Shown piece after piece: positions 1-13,910 of a stretch of 64,000 nt of DNA. The stretch's first letter is position 1, and every line of letters starts with the position of its first letter. The translations under genes were made by a program, and so were the position numbers. The DNA lies in the NCBI GenBank assembly GCA_951406725.2, contig OX597831.1, positions 24,552,001 to 24,616,000 of the forward strand, read 5' to 3'. The notes under the pieces are model-generated. The model saw only the letters and a list, made by a program, of their open reading frames with translations, was not told the DNA's origin and searched no databases. The DNA comes from Octopus vulgaris (taxonomy: Eukaryota).

Positions 1-165
1 ATAAAACAAGTGGAGAAATACACAGGCAAGTCTTACATATACGTATAGTTACACACATACACATGTATATGCTTATATATGTTTGTATGTGTGTGTAGGT
101 ACATGAGTATAGGCAGGTGCATATATAATATGTATGTCTCTGTACCTGCATGTAAAGCTTTAAAA

Positions 166-166
<1 letters not shown>

Positions 167-212
<46 letters not shown>

Positions 213-231
213 TATATAGATAGATAGATAT

Positions 232-273
<42 letters not shown>
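167..273. repeat. (TA)n-(GATA)n compound microsatellite
   Basis: Directly visible. Confidence 0.95.
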
Positions 274-1204
274 CTTAATGGGTAGAAGCATGTAGTAATA
301 TGCCTTTCTTTTTTTATGTATATTTATATACCTGCATGTATGTAAGTACAGAGATTTGTAACTACATGCTTCTTGATAGATGTACGATGGAATATACTAA
401 CCTAGACAATTCATAATTACACATGCTTGCATACACATATACTTATACTTAAATACGTTAACGTACTTCACACACACACACACACATATGTGAAGGAAGC
501 GCCATAATTTTCTCTTCAGGAAGCTGGCATCCGTATTTCCAATAATATTATCCATCTTTGCAATTTGGTATCCATATCCTACTTAATATTAACTTTACAT
601 AACAGTTCTCTGCTTCTCTTCATAACCATTCACACCAAACGCTCATAACGTGCTAGAAAGAAATTCAAATTATCAAAGTTATTTTAATTTCTCCTTTCCA
701 TATTTAAAAATATCAACTAAAATGTTATATTGCTTTCTTACATTGAATGGCGAGGATTGCTTACCCAGTAGGACATAAATCCACATGTAATTTAGCATTT
801 AGTCTTTTCCTTGTGGTCTGTGGTTAAATCTGGTTGTGTATTAAACTTTCTGGATGCAATCCTGATGGTTGACAAAACTTCTTTTGCAATTATGAAGTCT
901 TATGTTCTATTCCAATATATTATCTTGGTTAAGTGTCTTCTGTCATGGCCTCAACTCTGTTTTGCTTCGCAAGTTAAATTCAGAACTGTTCTAATTCAAG
1001 GGACTCAACCTTGCCATAAAGTGTCATATTGAGTCTATCCAAGGATTGCTCTAATCGTATACATACTAATGAAATACACAGATATATTATAACACAAAGT
1101 AAAACATACCTATTATGAGGTGGTATCAAAAATTTCCAGGACTAATCATTTTTTATGAAAAATAGCTCATTCACCCAGCTTTTATTATGCTAAACTAGGA
1201 TTCT

Positions 1205-1312
1205 GTTGGATAGAATGACAAGTGTTCCAGTTGATCCTATCAACGAAACATTTTCCTCATGAAATTAACTTGTAAGTGGTTGAATGCTCCACAGACACAC
1301 ATACTCTTAATC
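1205..1312 (+). mobile_element. Dispersed repeat fragment (family F, probable SINE part)
   Basis: Similar to the reverse complement of ~9930-10120 (ctccacagacacacata..cttaat; ttccagttgatc). Confidence 0.55.
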
Positions 1313-1361
1313 TGCATAAGTGTATGAAAGCTTGTTGGAGGCAGTCATTTATGGGCAGATG

Positions 1362-1520
1362 TTGGTTGGGGTTAGGAAGGGCATCCAGCTGTAGAAACAC
1401 TGCCAGATCAGACTGGAGCCTGGTGCAGCCTCCTGGCTTCCCAGACCCCAGTCGAACCGTCCGACCCATGCTAGCATGGAAAACAGACGTTAAACGATCA
1501 GGATGATGATGATGATGATG
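1362..1520 (+). mobile_element. 3' end of retroposon family E (RTE-LINE-like tail ending in (GAT)n)
   Basis: ttaggaagggcatccagctgtagaaa...cccatgctagcatggaaa...gacgttaaacgat(gat)n; homologous to 12460-12609, 56745-56830(-), 60215-60262(-). Confidence 0.75.
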
Positions 1521-1626
1521 TTCTTCTTAATGCCAACTCTTTGCTGTTTTACAAGTGAGGAAGATTTCATTCCACTACTTCAAGATCATAGTTTCAGAGG
1601 ACACAATGTTCACAGCAAAATTTTGC

Positions 1627-1852
1627 TTAACCCTTTTTGTTATCCACCCGGCAGAAATCGGCTCTGGCTCTGGCTACAAATGCCTTGTTTTCAAAAGTTT
1701 TGCATTAAAATCTTCCACAATTTAGTCAGAATTTACATTCCTAACACTAGCTGAATGATAACTAAGTTATTTTACTAAATTCTTTGTTATATTTAAAGTA
1801 ATTGAAAGAAACACAGAGCATCTCAAAATAAATACAGTAACGAAAGGGTTAA
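1627..1852. mobile_element. piggyBac-like MITE family 1 (~220 bp)
   Basis: TTAA|CCCTTT...AAAGGG|TTAA termini; body matches copies at 19948, 58202, 58443. Confidence 0.85.
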
Positions 1853-2698
1853 ATGATGTCATGTGAGAATTGAAAATGAAACTTTTACACACACACACAC
1901 ACACATACACAAGCACACATGAGCATCTGTGAATGTGCACACATCCACACACAAGACAGTACATGGTAGCTGAATTTTCATGAAAGGTTCCACCTATCAA
2001 TTTTCTTCACAGACATTGGTTAGCACCGGCCTGTGGAAATAGTTGAAGACAATAATTTGCTCAGAGTACTGTGCACTGGAATTTTTTTACCAAAGACTAC
2101 ATAGTTTTGAGGATAAACTTCTTAATCATACGGTCATGCTGACTAATTCCGATTAATCAACGAAGATAATGCAATCCCGTTTCGAAACATCAAAACACCT
2201 GATTTATTGTATTTAGTTGTTTCTGAATTTTACGTCTTTCCTCTGGTACTGAAAATATTTGGGAAACGTAATAGGCAGATTTTTTTCGAAAATCACAATG
2301 GAAGTTGATAATAACCTTCATTTGATTAGCATGAGATAATTTCCTGAATTTGTTTTTTTATCTCATATTTCAACTGTTGCGGAGAAATTTCCGAGAATAC
2401 AAAGAATATTCTCAAGAGAGAAAACAAATTATAAAGTAAAATGTTTTAAAGAACTCTCGATTTGCTTTTTTAAAACTTGAATTTATCTTCGTGTTTAATA
2501 CAGAGGAAACACCATTTCTATTCCTTTAGTGTGTTAAAAAAATTAAAGCAGAAAACTAAAACAGAAAACTCTGCCCATTTGTTGACAATGATTTATCATA
2601 TTTTAAACATAACTCATTAAATAAGCAATCAGCATATAAGACTAATTCTGAACAAGGGAGTTGATAGTCGCTACGTATTTGCATTTGTATATACATTC

Positions 2699-2699
2699 A

Positions 2700-2776
<77 letters not shown>

Positions 2777-2848
2777 CTATCTATCTATCTATCTATCTAT
2801 CTCTATTATCTGTCTATCCCTATCTATCTATCTAGCTAGCTAGCTATC

Positions 2849-2879
<31 letters not shown>

Positions 2880-2930
2880 GTATCTATCTATCTATCTATC
2901 TCCTATCTCTTTCTATCTCTTCATCTATCT
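2699..2930. repeat. (TATC)n microsatellite
   Basis: Directly visible. Confidence 0.95.
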
Positions 2931-3480
2931 GTTTGTGTGCTTAGTTATTAGACACACGTAGCTCCATAGCATACATCATAATTGGTCTCAAGTATTTTCC
3001 CCAATGTTGTCCAACACATACAAATTTTCCCAAAGCTGGAAATACTGTAGGAGTTACCAAAGGACCTAGAGTGTTGCATGGAAACACTTTACATACTCTT
3101 TGTCTATTATATTTAAGATACATGCAATACCTCTTTACTCTAAGACAACACGAGACTGCAGTAGTAATTAATATAACCTATGTAACATCTATTGTCATAA
3201 AGTTTACAACATCCATGCTTTCAACAAAGGCAAAAGCATATAGAATAGTTATATATATTTACTTTGTTTCTGGGTGTGTTATAGTTAATGTTAATTAGGA
3301 AATTTTCCAAGCTGTTAGTTTCTTTACAGTTTACTATATCAATATATTAATATTGATCCTCTTCTTAAACACTGATGAGAGATGGTTTTTAACAACAGAG
3401 ATTTAACAGAATCTGGATTTGCTGAAGATGAAATATTTAAGTTGTCCCTAAGGCTCAGTAGTTTAAGCTATGGTATATTC

Positions 3481-4277
3481 TATTTCTTTACTACCCACAA
3501 GGGGCTAAACACAGAGAGGACAAACAAGGACAGACAAACGGATTAAGTCGATTATATCGACCCCAGTGCGTAACTGGTACTTAATTTATCGACCCCTGAA
3601 AGGATGAAAGGCAATGTCGACTTCGGCAGAATTTGAACTCAGAACGTAACGGCAGATGAAATACCTATTTCTTCACTACCAACAAGGGGCTCAACACAGA
3701 GAGGACAAACAAGGACAGACAAACAGATTAAGTCGATTAGATCGACCCCAGTGGGTAACTGGTACTTAATTTATCGATCCCCCCCCGAAAGGATGAAAGG
3801 CAAAGTCGACCTCGGCGGAATTTGAACTCAGAACGTAACGACAGACGAAATACCTATTTCTTTACTACCCACAAGGGGCTCAACACAGAGAAGACAAACA
3901 AGGACAGACAAACGGATTAAGTCGATTATATCGACCCCAGTGCGTAACTGGTACTTAATTTATCGACCCCCGTAAGGATGAAAGGCAAAGTCGACCTCGG
4001 CGGAATTTGAACTCAGAACGTAGCGGCAGACGAAATACCTATTTCTATTTCTTTACTACCAACAAGGGGCTAAACACAGAGAGTACAAACAAGGACAGAC
4101 AAATTGATTAAGTCGATTACATCAACCCCAGTGCATAACTGGTACTTAATATATCGCCCCCAAAAGGATGAAAGGCAAAGTCGACCTCAGCAGAATTTGA
4201 ACTCAGAACGTAACGGCAGACGAAATACCGCTAAACATTTCACCTGGCATGCTAACGACTCTGCCAGCTTGCCGCCT
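3481..4277 (-). mobile_element. SINE family B with one 5' head and four tandem ~186-bp bodies
   Basis: Units start ~3480, 3665, 3854, 4039; head 4229-4277; flanked by a 22-bp TSD (3459-3480 / 4278-4299, 2 mismatches). Confidence 0.9.
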
Positions 4278-5005
4278 TAGTCTATGCTATGGTATATTCA
4301 CAGTATTTGAGGTAACTGTGTATATACAAGTGTATTGTGTATGATTGGATTGTTATATTACTTTATCTCTGTTATCTCTAAACTTTGTGTCAGTGTAGTG
4401 GTGACAGTATTATATTGCCTAGTTGTCTAACTTACTTGTAAGTTGTATTGTGTTGACAATCAAAGAATTTATTGCTTTCAGCATCATTGATAAACTTTTG
4501 ACTGGTAAGTAAATATATCCTACAAGCAGTAGATTTGACTCAGACCACTCCCTTGTCAACTTGTAATATCTCCCATTACTACTATTACTACTACAACTAC
4601 TACTGCTTTAGCAAATAAAGCTGATCGATTGGCTATAATTCAAAATATCTCCTCCTCTAACTAAATTCTAGACTTTTTCTAAAACACCTCTTAATTTTAA
4701 TATACATTTTTCCACAAACGTATTTATTCACAGATTGATTTTACTCATAGAATGTAGAAAATATTACCTGATGAAATGATATAGATAAGTAATTATGTAA
4801 TATTATGCATTATTGAATAAATAACCTTTCTGTGGAAAAGGATGTATAAATTGGGCTGTCCATTTATGCTCCTCTACATATATATATATATATAAAGGGA
4901 AGGAGGGATAACCGTGGCTATTTCAGTACATGTTAAAAAACAGACAATTTAACAAAAAACATCTATAATTCACCTTGATACAAATACAAGCTGTATTCGT
5001 GTATG

Positions 5006-5081
<76 letters not shown>

Positions 5082-5104
5082 CACACACATATATATATAT
5101 ATAT

Positions 5105-5293
5105 AGGCGTGGGTGTGTGATAAGAAGCTTGCTTCCCAACCAAATGGTTCCGAGTTCAGTCCCGCTGTATGGCACCTTGGCCAAGTATTTTCTACTATAG
5201 CTTTGGACCAACCAGAGCCTTGTGAGTGGATGTGGTAGCTGGAAACTGTGTGTGTGTGTATATATATATATACATATACAATGGGCTTCTTTG

Positions 5294-5324
<31 letters not shown>

Positions 5325-5513
5325 CATACATAAGACAGGCTTCTTTTATATATATATTTGTATGCCTGTGTTTGTCACTGCACCATCACTTGGCAACCGA
5401 TGTCGGTGTGTAAGTGCTAGGCTTACAAAGAATAAGTCCTCGGATTGATTCGCTTGATAAAGGCTGCACCAGCATGGCCAAAGTCATATGACTGAAACAA
5501 GTAAAAGAATAAA
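5105..5513 (+). mobile_element. SINE family A (tRNA-derived, CORE-like, internal (TA)(TG) tract)
   Basis: A-box-like start, B box gagttcagtccc, ccttgg.caagt CORE-like segment, tail tgactgaaacaagtaaaaga. Confidence 0.85.
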
Positions 5514-5549
5514 ACGATACACATATATATAGTTATACACACACACTTG

Positions 5550-5882
5550 TTTGTCACTGAACTCTAGCCATGGTGCGTTTCAGTCAAATCAATTCCAGGA
5601 CTTATTCTTTGTAAGCTTAGCACTTATTCCATCGGTCTCTTTTGCTGAACTGCTAAGTTATGCCACTGGCTGTCAAACTGCAGTGGAGGACAAATACAAG
5701 GACACCTCCTCCACACAACATACACACACACACAAAGGACTCCTTTCAGTTTCCATTTACCAAATCCACTCACAAGGCTTGGGGCAATAATAAAAGACAC
5801 TTGTTCTCAGTGCCATGCAGTGGGACTTACCCAGCAACCATTTGGCTGAGAATAACCTCCTTACCATGCAGGCACCATGCCT
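5550..5882 (-). mobile_element. SINE family A, degenerate
   Basis: ggacttattctttgtaag...caaatccactcacaaggctt...cagtgggact. Confidence 0.75.
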
Positions 5883-6686
5883 AACAACCCAATAATCATT
5901 TCATCATTTAGATTATAAAATTAATTTTGCCTAGGGTTTTAAGTTTTGCTTGATAATTCATAACTGTTTGTTCATAATTTTTAGATCTATTTATGAGAGA
6001 TGGGTATTATTTATTGGTATCTTTTGCAGTGAAGTGTACATTTATTGAGGTGTTGTAAATATGTTTTGGCAAGCAAAGTAGTTTCAAAAGTGATAAAGTA
6101 GACTGTCAGTTGGGTGATATTTAGTTAATGAATTTAATACTTTATGTATGGCTGTAGGAGTTGAGTGTGTACGAGGGTTGGTGATGATGTGCAGTAGTTA
6201 TTATCTGAAATCAGATAGTGATCAATATGCCAGAAGTTGTCATTAATCTGAAAAACATATGTTAGTAAGTATAAAAGTAGGGGAGAACAATTGCAATGAC
6301 AGGACTATATTACAAACATATACAAACACATACACGATGATGGATCTTCAGTAAGAAACACAGAGACACATACACACACACACACACACATAAAGATTCA
6401 GTTGCTTACTTCTCAAGTGATATCAGCATTATGCAAAATGCAGAAGGATTGGCCTTTCCAGTTGAAGGTTCAGAACCATCCATTTACCCAGTGTCATACA
6501 CAAGGCTTACAGCAATCATAGTGTGTGTGTGTGTTTGTAATTCCCATCAATAACAGTTCCCTTGCAGATCATTGGCCTACCTAAGGCTGTATTAAAAAAA
6601 AACTTTGCCCAACTTGCCACACATGGGTGGATTGAACCAGAAACCAAGTGATCATGAAGTGAATTTTTAAACATACTCCTTGTGTC

Positions 6687-6820
6687 TTGCTTCCCAACCA
6701 CATGGTTCTGGGTTCAGTCTCACTGCATGGCACCTTGGGCAAGTGTTTTCTACTATAGCCTTGGGTCAACCAATGCCTTGTGAGTGGATTTGGTAGATGG
6801 AAACTGAAAGAAGTCCTTCA
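6687..6820 (+). mobile_element. SINE family A 5' half
   Basis: ttgcttcccaaccacatggttctgggttcagtc...gaaactgaaagaag. Confidence 0.8.
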
Positions 6821-6827
6821 TATATAT

Positions 6828-7092
6828 CATCATCATCATCATCACCAGCATTGTTTAACATCCATCTTCCATGCATGCATGGGTAGGATGAATGACAGGA
6901 GGCGGCCAGGTAGAAAATCTACCTTAGGCTGCTGTGTCTGTTTTAGCAGGGTTTTTTTACAGCTGGATGCCCTTCTTAACACCAACCACTCTGCAAAGTG
7001 GACTCAGTGCTTTTTAAGGGACATTAGCATAGATGAGGTTAGTTTGGGCATCATTTTTACAGCTGGATGCTCTACGAAATGCCAACCACATT
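6828..7092 (-). mobile_element. Family E tail, partly duplicated
   Basis: (CAT)n, tttaacatcc..ttccatgc, acagctggatgc present twice. Confidence 0.65.
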
Positions 7093-7126
7093 ACAGTATA
7101 CACATACCCACACAGGTCTATATATA

Positions 7127-7340
7127 GGAGAATTCACAAAAAAAAAAAGACGAAGACAGGTGGTGTAGACAACAAACAGATGTATTAGTATAACACTCAA
7201 GAAGTGAAAAAGTCTTTAACGTTTTGAGCCTATGCTCTTGTACAGAAAGAAACAAGGAGAGAAAATAAAGAATGTGTAGTGGCTAGCGATCTATCATGGC
7301 AAATGCGAGACAGAAGGGTCACACAGGAGGGCTAGGGAGA
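7127..7340 (-). mobile_element. Penelope-like pLTR fragment with decayed hammerhead (7213-7250)
   Basis: Homologous to 56060-56232 and 47360-47540; minus strand tcttt-CTGTACA-a-GAGC atag GCTC-AAAACGTT-aaaga. Confidence 0.6.
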
Positions 7341-7849
7341 AAGTGATGTTTGTATGTATGTATATTCACAGAGTTATATATGTCCATATAATAAGCATTC
7401 CTAGACAACTATACAAGGCATTTGTACATATACAAAACAAGATGTATTCCCAGTCACAGACTGACATACTTTGAAATGTATTTGGGTATATAAAATCTAA
7501 TGCGAATATATATAGGTGAGTAAAACAGGAGGAGTATATCCATATACACAGACATATATACTAGTACATAACAGGACACTTTTTCATGCACACACATATA
7601 CATACATGCACATGTGTGTGTGGAATAGAATGCATATTATATAATGTTAAATAAGTCAGTCTACTGCATGATTGAAAAGCAACATGTTTTTCCCCTTCAT
7701 ATGCTAATTTGTAATGCTAATTAGTGTCAAATATATATATATCTTATTATTAAGTGCAGTTTATAAATAAAAATTGAAAAAATATTCTTGAAAGTAAAAT
7801 AAAACAGCAAAAAAAAAAATGACGGTTTGCCTGATTTACTAAGCTGCAG

Positions 7850-7864
7850 ATGTGTATGTGTGTG

Positions 7865-7936
<72 letters not shown>

Positions 7937-7946
7937 CATATATATA

Positions 7947-7996
<50 letters not shown>

Positions 7997-8579
7997 CATA
8001 TATGTGTGCATATATGTTTGTGCATATGTGTATGAATGCATTAATGCATATATATATATGTATGTATGCATATATATGTATATGTGTTTATATGTATGTT
8101 AGCATATATATGTGTATATATATGTCTGTATATGTACGTATGTTTGCATGTATGAGTGTATATATGCTTCTGTGTATATATGTATGTATCTATGTATGTT
8201 ATATGTGTGCATATGTATGTATATATGTGCATATATATATGTAGATATGTTCATGTGTATATATGTGTGTATATATATATATATGAATGTATATGCATGT
8301 GTATATATATATATGATATTTATATGTGTCTGTAATTATATATATATATATATACACATATATGTGTATGTGTTTGTATACATATATATAAATGTATGCA
8401 TGTATGTGCATTGATATATATATATATATATTTGTGCATATAAATGCACATGAAAATGTGTATGCATGCTTATACACAGGTAAATATATGCATGTATATA
8501 TAATATACACTAAGAGAGTGTAAAACTGGTTCTGTACATATTATTGATTATTGTTCTTAGTTACTCAAATATATTTAAA

Positions 8580-8619
<40 letters not shown>

Positions 8620-8861
8620 TAATATATATATACATATGTACAAAAACACACATCTGCATCGTACGGACACCAATACACCGACAGGCAACATAATCTATAG
8701 TCACACAGCTTCGTGTGCAGAGATTTATTTATATATGTGTCTGTGTGAGTGCACACAGGTGTGTGATAATGTGTATTTTATATGTGTGTATGTAAATATT
8801 TTATGCATACATTTATTTATGTATAGATATATATATGTGTGTATGTGTGTGTGTGTGTGTT

Positions 8862-8894
<33 letters not shown>

Positions 8895-9044
8895 TTATAT
8901 ATATATATATATATATATGTATAATATGTGTGTATATATACATATGTATAGATATGGATACATGTATATATGTGTGTACATATATATATATATTTACATG
9001 CATGTGTGTGTATATATGTATGTATATCAATATCTGCATGTATA

Positions 9045-9080
<36 letters not shown>

Positions 9081-9520
9081 ATGTGCATGTATATGGATGT
9101 GTGCAAAGATATATACACTTGTATGTATGTATGTATTCACACACTTATATATACGCACATCACTATTTTTATATATTTGTGCGTATGTATGTATATATCT
9201 GAAAATAGGTATTATTTATGACTATGTGGGTGTATAGTATGTATATCCATAAATAAGTTGATATATATATATATATATACACGCACACACGTGTGTGTGT
9301 ATGTATCTCCATCTGTATATATACATATATATTTGTATATATTTGTGTGTATGTATGTATACATCTGTAAATAGGTATTTTTTATGTTTATGTTTATGTG
9401 GGTGTATAGTATGTATATTCATAAATATGTTATATATATATATTTACATTTGTGTGTGCATCTCTCTCTCTCTATACATATATACAAATGTGTGTATTTA
9501 TGCATGTACTTATATATGTG
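7850..9520. repeat. Long compound (TG)n/(TA)n/(TATG)n low-complexity tract
   Basis: Directly visible; source of many spurious ORFs. Confidence 0.9.
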
Positions 9521-9929
9521 TGTGGTTTTGTACGTAGTATTAATAGAAAGAAAAACTATTTGGTGGTTTGAGCTTTATAAAACATACACATATTTTGGTA
9601 AATCAACTGACAGGATTACGCAATTGTTTGTTGAGAAAAATTATGTAATCTAATTTTCGGTTTTGAATACCTACAATCTTATACCTAATCTACTTTTGTG
9701 TTGTGAATACCTTCAACAGTGGATATATTTGTGTGCAAATAGTAAAAGTGCAGTACACCTTAAGAAGGTTTTGCTGTAAGGTTTTACAATGTGGAGATGT
9801 TTGTACAGGTGTGTATGTACTGATATGTGTGCCTAGATGCTTTGAATGTATATGTATGTGTGTGCAGACGTTTGGGTTCGGCATAGGATGTGTCAATGTG
9901 AGAATATGCTTGAATTTGAGAATATATCT

Positions 9930-10120
9930 GCACAGATCTCAACCTGTAATTCAAAAGGGCCACCCTTGTCACATTTGGTGCAGCACGTTGGATCTCCCTA
10001 AGAATTTACATTAAGTGTATGTGTGTCTGTGGAGTGCTCTGTCATTTGTGTGTAGATTTTACGAGCAGGCTGATCCATTTGATTGAATCAGCTGGAATCC
10101 TTGTCATTGTAACTGATGGA
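9930..10120 (-). mobile_element. Dispersed repeat fragment (family F)
   Basis: Reverse-complement similarity to 1205-1312. Confidence 0.5.
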
Positions 10121-10164
10121 AATGCAGGCCACGAGCATAAGACTTAGAGAATACGTAGATACAT

Positions 10165-10822
10165 TCTTCTATTCTCTTTCTTCTTTCAGTCATTTGACTG
10201 CAGCATTGCAGCACCGCCTTTATTCAAACAAATTGACCCCAGGACTTATTCTTTGTAAGCCTAGTACTTGGTGGAAGCACATGGCTTAGTGGTTAGGGTG
10301 TCAGCACCATGATCGCAAGATTGTGGTTTCGATTCCTGGACCAGGCGACGCGTTGTGTTCTTGAGCAAAAAGCTTCATTTCACGTTGCTCCAGTCCACTC
10401 AGCTGGTAAAAATGAGTAACACTGCGATAGACTTGTGTTTCGTCCAGCTGAGGAATACATATGCCATAGAAACTGGGAAACTGGGCCCATGAGCCTGGCT
10501 AGGCTTTAAAATGGCGCATTTATTATTTTTTAAATTTTAAACCTAGTACTTATTCTATTGGTCACTTTCACTAAGTTACGGGGACATAAACACACCAACA
10601 TCAGTTGTCAAGTGATAGTGGGGGGACAAACACTCACACATACATACATACATACATGCATGCATATATATGTATATATACAATGGGCTTCTTTCAGTTT
10701 CTCTCTACTGAATCCACTCACAAGGCTTTGGTCAGCACGAGCCTACAGTAGAAGACACTTGCTCAAGGTGCCACACAATGGGACTAAACCTTGAACCATG
10801 TGGTTGGGAAGCAAGCTTCTTA
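10165..10822 (-). mobile_element. SINE family A interrupted by a nested SINE
   Basis: Family A sequence resumes in register after the insertion at 10270-10537. Confidence 0.85.
10270..10537 (+). mobile_element. SINE family C (tRNA-derived), nested in family A
   Basis: A box tggcttagtgg, B box gtttcgattcc; TSD taa(g/a)cctagtactt at 10256-10269 / 10538-10551. Confidence 0.85.
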
Positions 10823-11074
10823 CCTCACAGCCACTCCTGTGCCTCCTGTGTGGATAAGAAATATAACTTACAATCTTCCCCTGATGCCAGTTTAGTGATT
10901 ACACAACAACAAAGCATCAATACAGGAACTGTTTTCAAATCAAATGCCGACCACTGTAGGAGTGAAAGGGAGATAACCACTGAAACTACTGCTGCTACTA
11001 CAAACATTGCAGCTTTTAGTACACCTAACACTAGAGCAACAAATCTCTACCACCATTGCTTCAACAACTATTGC

Positions 11075-11245
11075 CTAACCATTTAGCATTTAAACCAGCA
11101 GTAACCGACCCAAATATTCTGTGTTTTATGCTAAAACTGATCAGATCCAACTTCTCACACGTACCCCACAATGTCATACAATCACATCATTGAAATCTTG
11201 AAGGTACAAGATAAAACATGATTAATTCAAAACAATGTGAATAAT
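11075..11245. mobile_element. MITE family 2 fragment, truncated by a SINE
   Basis: Homologous to 42775-43252 (tttagcatttaaacc...ttctcacac...catcattgaaatcttgaag). Confidence 0.65.
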
Positions 11246-11645
11246 GGAGTGGCTGTGTGGTAAGTAGCTTGCTTGCCAACCACATGGTTCCAGGTTCAGT
11301 CCCACTGCATGGCAGCTTGGGCAAGTGTCTTCTACTATAGCTTCGGGCCGACTAAAGCCTTGTGAGTGGATTTGGTAGACGGAAACTGAAAGAAGCCCGT
11401 CGTATATATGTATATGTATATATATATGTGTGTTTGTGTGTCTGTGTTTGTCCTCCCAGCATCACTTGACAACCGATGCTGGTGTGTCTACATCCCCATA
11501 ACTTAACGGTTCGGCAAAAGAGACAGATAGAAAAAATACTAGGCTTACAAAGAATAAGTCCTGGGGTTGATTTGCTCAACTACAGGTGGTGCTCCAGCAT
11601 GGCTGCTGTCAAATGACTGAAACAAGTAAAAGAGTGAAAGAGAAA
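11246..11645 (+). mobile_element. SINE family A, full length
   Basis: Complete head, body and tail. Confidence 0.9.
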
Positions 11646-12149
11646 ATCAGCAAAGGAAGGAAACCTGAATGATAAAAGTTTAAGTTGCCATTCTGTTTCT
11701 GCTAATGAAACTGATACAGCCACAGCCAGGAATACTCAGCCACAAGCATTGCTGCTGCTACTTCTAGTAATAACAAATTCTGAATGACAGAGGATAATTC
11801 CAATACTAGAACTGTAACCATTCCTATGACCACTCAGTAGCCGTCAGAAACCGAGTTCTAGCACCATATGAATTTTGTAAGAGAAATCATTTGAACTTTT
11901 TGAACCGATAACATCAAAGATTACATACATGTTTATGTAACATGTGGATATGTGTGCACTTGTGACTGGGTATTTGAACTTCCACTATCTTTTATATACG
12001 TGTCGTATATGTATGAGCGTACACAAATGAACTGGCATGTATTGTCTGGCTCATTTTCTGCCGCTGACTTCTAGGCCAAACAACCAGACTTCACTTATCA
12101 CCAATCATTCTACCCCTTCCCATTTATCTCATAGATAAAACAAATCGAA

Positions 12150-12609
12150 ATCGAAATAAAATTCGATGACTGGCATCCGTGCTAGTGGAGTACTAAGAGC
12201 ACCATCCAAGCATGATCATTGCCAGAGCAGCTAACTGGCTTCCGTAAAAAGCACCATTTGAGGGTGATTGTTACCAGCGTCCCCTTACTGACACTTGTGC
12301 TGGTGGCACGTGAAAAAAACATTCAAGCGAGGTCATTGCCAGTGCCACTGGACTGGCTCCTGTGCAGGTGGCATGTAATAAACATCATTTGAGCCGTTGC
12401 CAGTACCGCCTCATTGGCCCTTGTGCCGGTGGCACGTAAAAGCACCTACTACACTGTCGGAGTGGTTGGCATTAGGAAGAGCATTCAGCTGTAGAAACTC
12501 TGCCAGATCAGATTGGAGCCTGGTGCAGCCATCTAGTTCACCAGTCCTCAGTCAAATCGTCCAACCCATGCTAGCAAGGAAAGCAGACATTAAACGATGA
12601 TGATGATGA
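12150..12609 (+). mobile_element. Family E retroposon 3' region with internal sub-repeats
   Basis: Repeated gtgc.ggtggcacgt.aaa..cacc units followed by a (GAT)n tail. Confidence 0.75.
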
Positions 12610-13307
12610 AAACAAAAATAATAAAATTCTACCTTTTAATGGCTATAAAAGAATCTACTGAATATACATGCAGCTCTCATTTTGGCATAGAATATCAACT
12701 GATGTTGACAACCAACAACAAATTAAATTACATTTTTCTTCTGATGATCTGGCATTATAAGGTGATTATGCAATCATTTATATAACAAATATTGCATGGT
12801 AAACTAGTATATGTTAGTGAAACATGTGTAATGATTATGTAGTTTATGATGTGAAAACAAAAATTTAAACTGGATCTTCTGTTTTATTCTGCTCTTGTGT
12901 GTATGTATTATACAAATACAACTTCAGCGTTATCTCGTGTGTATGTATATATTATGTATATGTGTATATTATTGTCGTCTTTTTATGTCTGTTTTTCCAT
13001 GATGAGCATAGTGACAGAGAAGATCAAACCATCTGCTAGGTCAATATGGGTTGGACACTTTTATCAGGGTTCTGGGTGCTAGGCATTTGCTGTTAAAGTT
13101 ATACAGGCTTATTGTTGAGAGATGGGTGGTAAGGGAGAGAGCAACAGAGATGGTGTTTGGGAAAGGAAAATAAAAGGGTAGCGAAAAAGTACTGTCTGGA
13201 GATTCTGACTGAAAGTTGACGATGGGATGATAAAGAGAGAGAGATGAATAGATGCTCCAGCATGGCCACAGTCTAAAAAAGATAAGCAATAAAAGATATA
13301 CATTTAT

Positions 13308-13536
13308 GCGGCGAGCTAGCAGAAATGTTAGCATGCCGGGCGAAATGCTTAGCGGTATTTCGTCTGTCGTTACGTTCAGAGTTCAAATTCCGCCGAGGTT
13401 GACTTTGCCTTTCATCCTTTCGGGGTCGATAAATAAAGTACCAGTTTTGCACTGGGGTCGATATAATCGACTTAATCCCTTTGTCTGTCCTTGTTTGTCC
13501 CCTCTATGTTTAGCCCCTTGTGGGTAGTGAAGAAAT
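13308..13536 (+). mobile_element. SINE family B monomer
   Basis: gcggcgagctagcagaaatgttagc...gagttcaaattcc...gaagaaata; TSD atata(c/t)atttatgc. Confidence 0.9.
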
Positions 13537-13688
13537 ATATATATTTATGCATATAAATTAATACACCTACTCAGTAATACATATACACTTCTTTTACAAA
13601 TATACATTTATACATACACAACTGTGTACATGTATGTATAAAATATGCACATAGAGGTACAAATACACACACACAAACACACACACAC

Positions 13689-13910
13689 ATGAGTGGGGTG
13701 CTGAAAAGTTCCTGGCTTTAATAGTATCACAAAAGGCCCTGTGGGAGGCCCAAACTTCCAAGTTCTTTTACAGAGCTTAGAAAACCTTAAGGACCACAAC
13801 AATGAGTATTTGAATCTGAGAGGTGAATATGCTTAATAAAATCATAATTAATTGATCCTCCTGTATTTTCTTTTTACCCAAAACCGAGAACTTCTCAGCA
13901 TCCCATCATA
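13689..13910. mobile_element. Tc1/mariner-like MITE
   Basis: Imperfect ~30-bp TIRs atgagtggggtgctgaaaagttcctggcttt / aaaaccgagaacttctcagcatcccatcata. Confidence 0.65.

Noticed and set aside
1114-1143. Mariner-like TIR fragment
   Set aside because: No partner TIR or transposase found nearby.
3481-4277. CRISPR-like or retrozyme array
   Set aside because: No unique spacers and no hammerhead core; the units are SINE B bodies.
10270-10345. tRNA genes at SINE heads (also 38390, 54680-54740)
   Set aside because: A and B boxes continue into SINE bodies, with TSDs in two cases; tRNA-derived, not tRNA genes.
11352-11579. Recurrent peptides such as RASFSFRLPNPLTRL and MTTDAGVFMSP at many loci
   Set aside because: Translations of SINE family A, not a gene family.
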